DNA from: an uncultured Bacteroidota bacterium
Lineage (GTDB): Bacteria; Bacteroidota; Bacteroidia; UKL13-3
Assembly (NCBI GenBank): GCA_903850915.1
Contig: CAINMV010000010.1
Coordinates: 980-64,979 of the forward strand
Length of the DNA stretch: 64,000 nt
Direction of reading: 5' to 3'
Both the position numbers and the translations under genes were made by a program. Below, piece by piece: positions 38,562 to 47,734 of the stretch. Every line of letters begins with the position of its first letter. Positions within the stretch are counted from its first letter, which is position 1. The notes beneath the pieces were generated by a model that had not been told where the DNA came from, made no database searches, and saw nothing but the letters and a program-made list of their open reading frames with translations.

Positions 38562-40226
38562 GTGTTTAAGAACAGCATTTTAATTCGGGTTCATCATTCG
38601 CTTAAGCAGATACTAACGCCTGCAAGCGAAAGAAAACTGCGAATAATGATTGGATTCTCTATCATCATAGCAATTTTCGATGTTTTTAGTATTGGAGGAT
38701 TGATTTATTTGTTTCGTTTTTTACTGAATACAAATAATAGTTTCAGCCCATTGCTAATCATCACGTTGGCCTTCATTATACTTTTATTCTTCATTTTCAA
38801 AAACGCGTTAAGTTTATTCTTAAATAAAAAGCAAGCCTACTTTGCTTTTAAAGAAGCAACGACACAAAGCAAGTCCATTTTAAAATCAATTTATATGCAA
38901 AATGAACTATTCTTTAGAGATGCAGAAACTGGAGCATTATTGAGTGATATCATGTATGTTCCTGCAGCATTTGCTAATGGTATCATAATGGGATATATGA
39001 CCCTTTGGAGCGAATTAGTGGTGATATTATTAATGCTTTTTTTGCTTGCAGCTACCTCTTTTTCGGTAAGTATTTTGTGCTTTTTACTCATTGCCCCAAC
39101 GGCCTTCTTCAGCTATAAGAACATAAGAAAACGCATAGAAACTTTAGGTGATCGTCGTAACAATAGTGTAAAGCAAGCACAAGACATTCTTATTCAAGGG
39201 ATCCATGGTCGCACCGACGGACTTCTTTATAATCGTTTGAATTACTTTGAAGATACGTTCGAGATGTACCAAAGACGCATTAGCAATACAGATGCGACAG
39301 TTTCCCTAATGAATAGTTTACCACCACGAATTATGGAGTTATTCGCAGTTTCTGCATTTGCATTAATTTACCTATTAACAAATTACCTCGGCAATGGCGC
39401 GGACTATGCACTTGTGCTTACGCTATTTGTAGCTGCTGCCTTTCGACTATTGCCCTCCGTAAATAGAAGCTTGGGAGCAGTTCTTAAAATAAAAAACCAT
39501 TGGTTTACGATTGACACATTAATCCGTTATACAAACAATAAGACAGACAAAAGTTTAATTCCAATGAACTTTTACGCTACCCTTAAGATTGAAAATCTAG
39601 AATTTAGCTTTAACAACAAACAAATATGCAAGGTGCCGTTATTTGAATTGAATAAAGGAAGTTGCATTGGTATTTATGGAGCTACTGGCGAAGGCAAATC
39701 AACGTTCCTGCAATTGTTAATGCAATTAATTCCAGCAACAAGAGGCGACTTTTTTGTAGATGAAAATAATGTAAACAAAAACCATGCCTATCATCAATTG
39801 TTTGCCTATGTAAAACAAGATGTATTTATAATGAATAAGTCACTGCAAGAAAACATTTCATTTTGCGATGAAAAGCTTTGCAACAGAGAACGTGTTAACA
39901 CAATAATAAAAAGATTAGGGCTGGGAAAAATAGAGCACCTTTTTAATTTCGCGGATAGCGCCGGAGAAGGCGGAAACAAACTTTCTGGCGGACAGAAAAA
40001 GCTTGTCGCTTTAGCTCGAGCCGCTTACTTTGATTCGCCAATATGGATTTTGGATGAGCCACTAGCTTCTATGGATGCAGAGCTTCTTAAATTTATCCTT
40101 GTTTTTTTAAAAGAAGAGCAGAAAAAAGGAAAAACGATTGTACTCGTCGCCCACCATAAACCTATCTTTGATATTTGTGATTTAGTATATGAATTTAAGG
40201 CAGGAAAATTAATTTTATCAAACTAA
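38562..40226 (+). CDS. ABC transporter, fused permease/ATP-binding protein (type I exporter)
   Basis: N-terminal 6-TM domain; NBD with Walker A GATGEGKST, signature LSGGQ, Walker B ILDEP and H-loop VAHH. Confidence 0.85.
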   Translation: MFKNSILIRVHHSLKQILTPASERKLRIMIGFSIIIAIFDVFSIGGLIYLFRFLLNTNNSFSPLLIITLAFIILLFFIFKNALSLFLNKKQAYFAFKEATTQSKSILKSIYMQNELFFRDAETGALLSDIMYVPAAFANGIIMGYMTLWSELVVILLMLFLLAATSFSVSILCFLLIAPTAFFSYKNIRKRIETLGDRRNNSVKQAQDILIQGIHGRTDGLLYNRLNYFEDTFEMYQRRISNTDATVSLMNSLPPRIMELFAVSAFALIYLLTNYLGNGADYALVLTLFVAAAFRLLPSVNRSLGAVLKIKNHWFTIDTLIRYTNNKTDKSLIPMNFYATLKIENLEFSFNNKQICKVPLFELNKGSCIGIYGATGEGKSTFLQLLMQLIPATRGDFFVDENNVNKNHAYHQLFAYVKQDVFIMNKSLQENISFCDEKLCNRERVNTIIKRLGLGKIEHLFNFADSAGEGGNKLSGGQKKLVALARAAYFDSPIWILDEPLASMDAELLKFILVFLKEEQKKGKTIVLVAHHKPIFDICDLVYEFKAGKLILSN

Positions 40227-40228
40227 AC

Positions 40229-40957
40229 ATGTTAAACTTTTTCAACAAACAACCTAAAAAAAAAGCAATTCAGCCTTTGTTTGTTGACTTCCATTCTCAC
40301 TTTTTGCCAGGACTTGATGACGGGTGCACCACATTAGAAGAAAGTATAACCTTAATACAACAAATGAAAAACTATGGTTATCAGAAGTTGATTATGTCGC
40401 CTCATAATATGGGTGATTTTTATAAAAACACGCCTGAGATTATTGTAGCGAAATTAGCAGAGGTGAAAAAGGCGGTTATGGACAGCGGCATTGACATTCA
40501 GCTTGAAGCCACAGCAGAATATTACCTTGACGAATGGTTTGAGGAAAAACTAAAGACAAAGAGTTTATTACCCTTCGGTGGAAACAAAATCCTATTTGAA
40601 ATTTCATATATCAATGAGCCTAAAAATCTTTTTGATACGCTATTTAAACTTCAAGTAGCCGGCTACCAGCCTATAATGGCGCATCCAGAGCGATATAGCT
40701 TTTTTCACTCTCAATTTGACGTCTACGAAAAACTAATTCTTCAAGGATGTCAACTTCAAGTAAATTTACTTTCATTAATTGGCTATTATGGTGTAATGGA
40801 GAAAAAAGTGGCGACTGAATTACTAGAAAAAAAAATGGTTGCTTACTTATGCAGCGATGCGCACAAACAAAAACACGTAGAGCTTCTAGCTGAGGTATTT
40901 AAATCCAATCTTTTCCGCTCGTCATCACAACAAATAAAGAACAACGAACTATTTTAA
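40229..40957 (+). CDS. CpsB/YwqE-type PHP-domain protein-tyrosine phosphatase
   Basis: N-terminal VDFHSHFLPGLDDG metal-binding motif of the CpsB family, further His motifs (MAHPERY, SDAH). Start is 2 nt after the ABC gene stop. Confidence 0.7.
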   Translation: MLNFFNKQPKKKAIQPLFVDFHSHFLPGLDDGCTTLEESITLIQQMKNYGYQKLIMSPHNMGDFYKNTPEIIVAKLAEVKKAVMDSGIDIQLEATAEYYLDEWFEEKLKTKSLLPFGGNKILFEISYINEPKNLFDTLFKLQVAGYQPIMAHPERYSFFHSQFDVYEKLILQGCQLQVNLLSLIGYYGVMEKKVATELLEKKMVAYLCSDAHKQKHVELLAEVFKSNLFRSSSQQIKNNELF

Positions 40958-40986
40958 TTAAAGAAGAAACCTACCTTTATTAAACA

Positions 40987-41784
40987 TTAGTAGTTTTTAA
41001 CCAAAGAAGCTAATTCGTTTTTTAAGTTGCTATACTTTGTAATATCCGCTTTAATTGAGCCTACCGCCAAATCAGCTTGTATACGCAAAGGCAACAAATT
41101 AGCGTCATCTGATACCCATAGCGTCATTGCATCCTGATCTTTAAAAACACGATCAGCAATCACTTGCGGTCTAATTTTGATGGCCTTAAAATAACCAAGT
41201 TCTGTTTTTAAAATCTCTCTACCTATTATTTTCAAGGAGATCGTGGTTATCGATTTATCGAGATAAAATGTAATCGGGAAGGAGGCTCCTAATGCCGCAT
41301 TCCGAACATCAAGGCTACGGGCATAATAGATAAGGCTAATAATGTCTTGAGTGTATTCAGGCATCGAAATCAAACCTTTAGTAGAATTTGCAATCTTCTT
41401 TTCATGATCGAATATTGCAAGGTCATTATCGTTGAAACTTCCCTCATGTTGCACTTTAGAGTATTTAATTGGCGCAAGTGCCTCTATATCGACATACGAA
41501 TTATATTCATCGCGTACCTTAAAAAACCAATCAAAGCTAGTCGCTGACTTGCCTTTACCAATAATATGATAGACATCCCTTCCGCTTATTTTCTCTGTAA
41601 ATGGCAAAACCCGAATTGTTCCGAACCCAGCGGTTACTAGTCCATAATGCACTCTAAACTCTATCGTCTCGCCAGCTTTGAATGCTGTATTGTTAATTTT
41701 TCGATAACTGAAGTTGTGTGCTTTAAAGCTCAGCAAAACAATACCTAAAACCAGATAATTGAACACTGTATTAATTCCTTTCAT
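40987..41784 (-). CDS. DUF3108-like protein
   Basis: 265 aa, signal-anchor N-terminus, sequence character of Bacteroidota DUF3108. Confidence 0.45.
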   Translation of the reverse strand: MKGINTVFNYLVLGIVLLSFKAHNFSYRKINNTAFKAGETIEFRVHYGLVTAGFGTIRVLPFTEKISGRDVYHIIGKGKSATSFDWFFKVRDEYNSYVDIEALAPIKYSKVQHEGSFNDNDLAIFDHEKKIANSTKGLISMPEYTQDIISLIYYARSLDVRNAALGASFPITFYLDKSITTISLKIIGREILKTELGYFKAIKIRPQVIADRVFKDQDAMTLWVSDDANLLPLRIQADLAVGSIKADITKYSNLKNELASLVKNY

Positions 41785-41936
41785 GGCAAAAATGTGTTTG
41801 GTATTTGATTAAACAAAACGCGTACCATTTTTTTTATTATGTTCTTTAAAAACCCAAAAAAAAGTTAAAATAAGACGCAAAAATCAAACAATTTACAACG
41901 TGTATATCCCTAGAAACAGAAATAATACGCAGAATA

Positions 41937-43112
41937 CTATACTACCTGAAGTACATAGAACTTTAAATACAGCGTTTCTTCTACACCCCAAATATATGGA
42001 TGATCATGACTTTGAATTCGATATTCCATTTGACGTATCTGAACTTTTGCATCCATCGAAGCCTCATAAAGCATATTAACAAAGTCGCCTTCACTAATAA
42101 AATGTGAGCACGTGCATGTTATAAGAAACCCTCCTTTATTAAGCAGTTTCATTGCCTTCAAATTAATTTCTTTATACCCTTTCAACGCATTTTCAATATT
42201 GCCTCGATTTTTGGTAAACGCCGGTGGATCAAGAATAATGGTATCAAACTTCTTATGTTGTCGAAAATAATCAGATAACGCGTCGAACGTATTTTGCGTT
42301 TCGAAGCTGCAGTTTTTAAATCCATTTAGTTCGGCATTGGCTTTGGCTTGTTTTATAGCATCCTCACTGATATCAAGCCCAAGCACATGTTTGGCCTTGT
42401 ATCTAGCAGCATAAAGGCTAAATGAGCCAGTATAACAAAAGCAATCTAGTACCTCACGATTCTCGACATACGGCTTAATACATTGCCTATTTGATTTTTG
42501 ATCTAGAAAGAAACCAGTTTTTTGACCTTGCGCAATATCAATCCAGAATTTCACTCCATCTGGCTCTTCAATTGCAAAACGAGTTTCGAAAGGGGCAGTT
42601 AAAAACCCTTGCTGTTGTTCAAGGCCCTCCAGGTTGCGCACAGGAACGTCATTACGTTCATAAATTCCGATAGGTAAAAACAGACGTTGTAATACACTCA
42701 CAATTTCTTTTTTCCAGAGTTCCATCCCTAAAGTTAGAATCTGCACTACCAATACATCACCAAATTTATCAACAACCAAGGAAGGCAAGCCATCGGATTC
42801 ACCAAAAACCACGCGATAGTTTTCTTTATAACCTAGGCCTTCGCGATATTCCTTCGCTTTGGATATTCTATCCCAAAAAAAGTGCTCATCGATTTCCTCA
42901 ACTGCATCGCGAGTAAGTAAGCGAATCCGAATCTGAGACTTACTATTATAATAACCTTTACCAATAAAAATATTTTTAAAGTTATAGACTTCTACAATTT
43001 CACCATCTTGAATTTGACGATCTATCGAATCCACCTCATTTCCAAAAATCCATGGATGTCCTGACTCTACACGATATCCTTTTCCACGTTGTAATTTTAC
43101 TAGTGCACTCAT
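41937..43112 (-). CDS. rlmI: class I SAM-dependent rRNA methyltransferase (RlmI/RlmK-like, PUA + MTase)
   Basis: N-terminal PUA-like region; SAM motif LDCFCYTGSFS; DPPAF motif. Confidence 0.75.
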   Translation of the reverse strand: MSALVKLQRGKGYRVESGHPWIFGNEVDSIDRQIQDGEIVEVYNFKNIFIGKGYYNSKSQIRIRLLTRDAVEEIDEHFFWDRISKAKEYREGLGYKENYRVVFGESDGLPSLVVDKFGDVLVVQILTLGMELWKKEIVSVLQRLFLPIGIYERNDVPVRNLEGLEQQQGFLTAPFETRFAIEEPDGVKFWIDIAQGQKTGFFLDQKSNRQCIKPYVENREVLDCFCYTGSFSLYAARYKAKHVLGLDISEDAIKQAKANAELNGFKNCSFETQNTFDALSDYFRQHKKFDTIILDPPAFTKNRGNIENALKGYKEINLKAMKLLNKGGFLITCTCSHFISEGDFVNMLYEASMDAKVQIRQMEYRIQSHDHPYIWGVEETLYLKFYVLQVV

Positions 43113-43127
43113 ATTTACATTTCTTTT

Positions 43128-43628
43128 TTAGCCTTCTTTTTCAACCTTCTTTTTTATTGTCTTTTTGGGTTCCGGTTCTTCAACAAGCTTATCCAAATGG
43201 ATGTCAAAAAACAACACATCTGTATCCTTAATGATATCAACATTAATTTCAAAAATGCCAAGAATCTCCTCTGTACCTCTAATTGCATTTAGCATTGCCA
43301 TGGAATTCCATCGTATGCCTTCATCGCGCATGCGAACCTGAATTAAATAATCAAATTTCTTCAATCCTTTAACCAGTGTATTTTTATCCTCTTGCAATGC
43401 GATTAGATAGAATTCAGGATGGTTTTCAAATTGCTGATAATGGTAAAGCGCGAATCCATTTTTCGATACTTTAGATTCTGCAATTAAGTTCTTAAGCCTT
43501 TTAAGAGCCCAGTCGCACTCCTGATTAATTCGATAAGCCAGGCGATGTGGCGTAAGTTGAGATGTAATCGCCCAATGCATCGTTACCGGACTTTCGGTTT
43601 CGCTTAGCACCTTATTTTTCTTCGCCAT
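43128..43628 (-). CDS. hypothetical protein (conserved Bacteroidota-type, 166 aa)
   Basis: Coding character; 15 nt downstream of rlmI on the same strand; no motif recognised. Confidence 0.5.
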   Translation of the reverse strand: MAKKNKVLSETESPVTMHWAITSQLTPHRLAYRINQECDWALKRLKNLIAESKVSKNGFALYHYQQFENHPEFYLIALQEDKNTLVKGLKKFDYLIQVRMRDEGIRWNSMAMLNAIRGTEEILGIFEINVDIIKDTDVLFFDIHLDKLVEEPEPKKTIKKKVEKEG

Positions 43629-43739
43629 AATAATGCAAAGAAACTAAGCAATATTTTATTAAACGAAATTATTTAATAGAAATTAAAGTTAATGATGAAA
43701 CTTTAAATTCAGATATTCCTTTCTATGTATTTTTGATGC

Positions 43740-44396
43740 ATGAAAATAATTGTTACGGGGGCAACCGGTACTGCCGGATCTGAATTAATACGTCAGGCTA
43801 TCAACGATCCTGAGATAGAACTTGTTACTGCCATAGCGCGAAATGTGATAGGTTTTAAACATCCCAAATTGAGAGAAATACAACATACTGACTTTCGCGA
43901 TTATTCATCATTACATGCTGAATTTAAAAATCATGATGCTGTTTTTTGGTGTTTGGGAATTTCACAATCGCAAGTAAGCACTAAAAAATATGAGGAGATT
44001 ACCTATAGCTTTACCATTGCCGCTGCAAATGCAATGCTCACATCCAATCCTTCAAGCTCATTTCTATTTTTAAGTGGCGCTGGTGCCGATACGTCAGAAA
44101 AAAGCAAAACTACCTTTGCAAGAATAAAAGGAAAAACAGAAAATGCGTTAAAGAGCATAACTTCATTAAAACTTTATATTCTTCGGCCTGCCGGTATCAA
44201 GCCTGTGAACAAAAACCCGAAGTTACCACTTTTGTACAAGCTTTTTCTACCGCTTTTCCCATTACTAGAAATACTAGCACCATCATTTGTAATACCTTCA
44301 GATGTGCTCGGAAGAGCGATGCTAAAAATAGTTAAAAACGCAACCGATAAAATACTATTCGAAAACCCAGAATTAAAAATGCTAGGAAAAGAGTAG
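43740..44396 (+). CDS. NAD(P)H-binding protein (atypical SDR/NmrA-like)
   Basis: N-terminal VTGATGTAGSEL Rossmann motif; 218 aa. Confidence 0.65.
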   Translation: MKIIVTGATGTAGSELIRQAINDPEIELVTAIARNVIGFKHPKLREIQHTDFRDYSSLHAEFKNHDAVFWCLGISQSQVSTKKYEEITYSFTIAAANAMLTSNPSSSFLFLSGAGADTSEKSKTTFARIKGKTENALKSITSLKLYILRPAGIKPVNKNPKLPLLYKLFLPLFPLLEILAPSFVIPSDVLGRAMLKIVKNATDKILFENPELKMLGKE

Positions 44397-44631
44397 CATA
44401 AATTTTGCGTTATCTCTCCTTAGGCGATTCCAATATTACAGTTCAATATGATATATATCAAACATTTGTAAAATAATAACAAAACAATTTGTTTTTCGCC
44501 TGTTAATAGGTAAAATTGCATTATAGCTTACCTTTGAAGAAAACCTGGATTACTTTCAATTTGCGAAATTATTTTCTTTCTGCAATCTAGATTGTCTTCA
44601 TGTAAAAACAATAAAATAACAAAGACGCGAA

Positions 44632-47244
44632 ATGAGTGAAATAAATTATAAATTAAAGGACATCAAAATATATGGTTCCAACGAATGGTTGGCCAACGAC
44701 GAGAAGAAGTATCGTGTTGTTTTCGACGAAACAGAATGCTCCTTTATTTACTGTGAGCTTTCCTTCTTTAATAAACTATTTGATGAAAAAGATTGGGACA
44801 TAAAAATCAATCTTAAATGTTATGACAGCAAGAGCACAGAAATGTGTGACTTGCAGGTTCAGAAGCATATCTCTAAAGATGAGAATGTTGTGTTTGTTCG
44901 CGAAGGCTGGGGCGTAAAGAAGATAGGTGGTTATTGGAAACGGGGAGCCTATCGTTGGGAAGCATGGATGGACGGCATCTTAATTGGATCGAAATCATTT
45001 TATGTTGAAAAAGAAGGTGTTGTAAATGAGCTCATTAATCCATATTTTAAAATAAAAAGCATTCGACTTTACGAGGGCCCAAATCAAAATGTAGATGAAT
45101 CTAAACGTGTTTACTATGATTGCTTTAACCAAGCTGAAACTAGGTATATATGGGTTGAATTTCAAGCAGAAAACCTTGTAAAAAAATATGACTATTGGGC
45201 ATGTGAGCTTTTCTTTAATTTCAAAAATGATAACGGACAATTAAAAGGAGGCGTTGAACGCTTGCTTTTCGTGTATAAAAATGATGATACTATTACATGC
45301 ACCGTTGGATGGGGAAGCGACCATAAAGGAACCTGGGGTGGAGACCAATATAGTATTGAAGTTTTATTCATGGATCAGATTGTTGCAGGCTACCATTTCG
45401 ATATCGGCGAGGATTTTATTGAAGCCGACGAAGATAGTTTTGAACCGTATGTGCAGCAATTACTAGCCACAGAAACAACTTCGGAAGCAGAGCCAACAGC
45501 TCCTGAAAACATGGATGTGGTAATGCAAAAAATGGATGAACTTATTGGCTTATCCACTATAAAAGCAAAAATAAAAGAATACAGCAGCTACCTTAACTTC
45601 TTAAAAGTACGTAAGGAGAAAGGGTTTGAAGATGAAGATAAAATAAACCTGCATTCTGTATTTACAGGAAATCCAGGAACAGGAAAAACTACAGTAGCCT
45701 TGATGCTCGGAAAGATATATAAAAACCTAGGACTTTTAAGTAAAGGCCATGTTCATGAAGTAGATCGTGCAGATTTAGTGGCTGAATACATTGGACAAAC
45801 AGCACCAAAAGTGAAGGAAGCGATTAAAAAAGCAAAAGGAGGCATTTTGTTTATTGATGAGGCTTATGCTTTGGCTCGTGCTGGCGACGACAATAAGGAC
45901 TTTGGAAAAGAAGTAATAGAAATAATCATTAAAGAAATGAGTGATGGTGATGGAGATATTGCGATTATCGTTGCGGGCTATCCTGATGAAATGACAAATT
46001 TCTTAGGCTCAAATCCAGGTTTAAAGTCGCGTTTTAATATGTACTTCGAATTCCCTGATTACTTGCCACAAGAACTGCGAGAAATTGCCAAGTTTTGTTG
46101 TAAGAAGAGAAATATTGTTCTTACTCCTGAAGCAGAGTCTCAATTATATAAAAAGCTTGTCGATGCTTATCGATCGCGCACGCACACCTTTGGAAATGCG
46201 CGTTATGTAAATTCAATTATTGATGATGCAAAAATGAATTTGGGCTTACGTGTTATGGCTTTGCCCAACAGTGAAGAGATAACCAAAGATCAACTTATGA
46301 CTGTGGAATTACCGGATATTGAGAAGATTTTCGCCTCCAAACAGCGCACTATGGCAGACATACCTCTCGACGAAGAACTTCTTAATGAATCATTAAAAGA
46401 GCTTCGCGAAATGATTGGCTTAATATCAGTAAAAAAAGAAATTGATGAGTTGGTGAATCTCGTAAAATACTATCGTGAAATAGGTAAAGATGTGCGAGAA
46501 ACATTTTCATTGCACACGGTATTCAAAGGCAGTCCAGGAACTGGAAAAACAACCGTAGCAAGAATTGTAGCCCAGATTTTCAAAGCACTTGGCATCCTTG
46601 AAAAAGGAAATCTAGTTGAAACAGACCGTCAGGGCTTAGTAGCAAATTATGTAGGTCAAACGGCAACCAAAACAAGTGAAATGATAGACAAAGCTATGGG
46701 TGGTGTTTTGTTTATCGATGAAGCCTATGCCTTATCACAGGGCGGTGACAGCGACTTTGGAAGAGAGGCCATAGAAACACTTCTAAAAAGAATGGAAGAC
46801 CGTCGTGGCCACTTCATTGTAATTGCTGCTGGATATACCGATAATATGAATGAATTCTTGGAATTCAATCCTGGTTTAAAGTCCAGGTTTGATAGAGAGT
46901 TAATTTTTGAAGATTTTAGTCCAGAGGAGCTAATGCAAATCGCGCATCATATCCTTACTGATCAAAGCATAAATGCGCATCAAGATGCTGAAGGACATTT
47001 GAAAAAATACTTCACACACCTCTTCAATACAAAAAGTAAATTCTTTGGAAATGGTCGTATGGTGCGCAAGGTAGTTGAAGATGCCATCAAGCACCAAAAC
47101 CTTAGGCTGTCACAACTTCCAAGCGATCAACGAAGTGTTGAGATGATGAAGGAGCTCACATTCGAAGATGTTAAACACTTGAGTTTAGAAGAAGAACAGG
47201 CCACAAATAAAGGAAGCAGGATTGGTTTTCGTGTGGTTGGTTGA
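44632..47244 (+). CDS. tandem double AAA+ ATPase of the CbbX/SpoVK/EccA clade with duplicated N-terminal domain of unknown function
   Basis: Two modules, each with Walker A GNPGTGKTT / GSPGTGKTT, the CbbX-type DLVAEYIGQTAPK / GLVANYVGQTATK segment, FIDEAYAL, and AGY sensor-1. Residues ~1-290 form two paralogous ~125-aa repeats. Confidence 0.85.
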   Translation: MSEINYKLKDIKIYGSNEWLANDEKKYRVVFDETECSFIYCELSFFNKLFDEKDWDIKINLKCYDSKSTEMCDLQVQKHISKDENVVFVREGWGVKKIGGYWKRGAYRWEAWMDGILIGSKSFYVEKEGVVNELINPYFKIKSIRLYEGPNQNVDESKRVYYDCFNQAETRYIWVEFQAENLVKKYDYWACELFFNFKNDNGQLKGGVERLLFVYKNDDTITCTVGWGSDHKGTWGGDQYSIEVLFMDQIVAGYHFDIGEDFIEADEDSFEPYVQQLLATETTSEAEPTAPENMDVVMQKMDELIGLSTIKAKIKEYSSYLNFLKVRKEKGFEDEDKINLHSVFTGNPGTGKTTVALMLGKIYKNLGLLSKGHVHEVDRADLVAEYIGQTAPKVKEAIKKAKGGILFIDEAYALARAGDDNKDFGKEVIEIIIKEMSDGDGDIAIIVAGYPDEMTNFLGSNPGLKSRFNMYFEFPDYLPQELREIAKFCCKKRNIVLTPEAESQLYKKLVDAYRSRTHTFGNARYVNSIIDDAKMNLGLRVMALPNSEEITKDQLMTVELPDIEKIFASKQRTMADIPLDEELLNESLKELREMIGLISVKKEIDELVNLVKYYREIGKDVRETFSLHTVFKGSPGTGKTTVARIVAQIFKALGILEKGNLVETDRQGLVANYVGQTATKTSEMIDKAMGGVLFIDEAYALSQGGDSDFGREAIETLLKRMEDRRGHFIVIAAGYTDNMNEFLEFNPGLKSRFDRELIFEDFSPEELMQIAHHILTDQSINAHQDAEGHLKKYFTHLFNTKSKFFGNGRMVRKVVEDAIKHQNLRLSQLPSDQRSVEMMKELTFEDVKHLSLEEEQATNKGSRIGFRVVG

Positions 47245-47278
47245 TAGATATTAGAATATCAAATCCGACTAAAGAATT

Positions 47279-47638
47279 CTAATAATTGCCGATACTCAAC
47301 ATTACAAGCGTGCAGGCTTGAACGGTTTGAATTTTATTTGCATTAAGCATGGCTTCAAACGTTGGATTTTCAGTTCCTGGATTAAACACCACACGGCGAG
47401 GATTAAGGCGAATTATGCCTGCATAAAACCCTTCTTGAATTTTCGAGTTAACATATAACGCAACCGTATCAACATTGCCGAACTCGGGCAACGACTTTTC
47501 AAACTTAACACCAAGGAGTTCTCCTTCCTTGCTACTTATAGCTACTACATCATGCCCATGGGCCTTTAGGCTCACTATAGCCTTGTATGAATAACGTTCG
47601 GGGTTGGTGCTTGCTCCAAGTACTAGTGTGGTTGGCAT
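47279..47638 (-). CDS. CoA-binding domain protein
   Basis: 119 aa with CoA-binding (YccU-like) fold pattern LVLGASTNPERYSYKA. Confidence 0.7.
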   Translation of the reverse strand: MPTTLVLGASTNPERYSYKAIVSLKAHGHDVVAISSKEGELLGVKFEKSLPEFGNVDTVALYVNSKIQEGFYAGIIRLNPRRVVFNPGTENPTFEAMLNANKIQTVQACTLVMLSIGNY

Positions 47639-47734
47639 TTCTTTATTGTTTCCGCAAAAATATGGTTTTAGATTAGCATCTTTATATCCGCGCTTTTTTG
47701 CTAAATTCGCCCCCTCAAAAAAATCAAGTTTATC

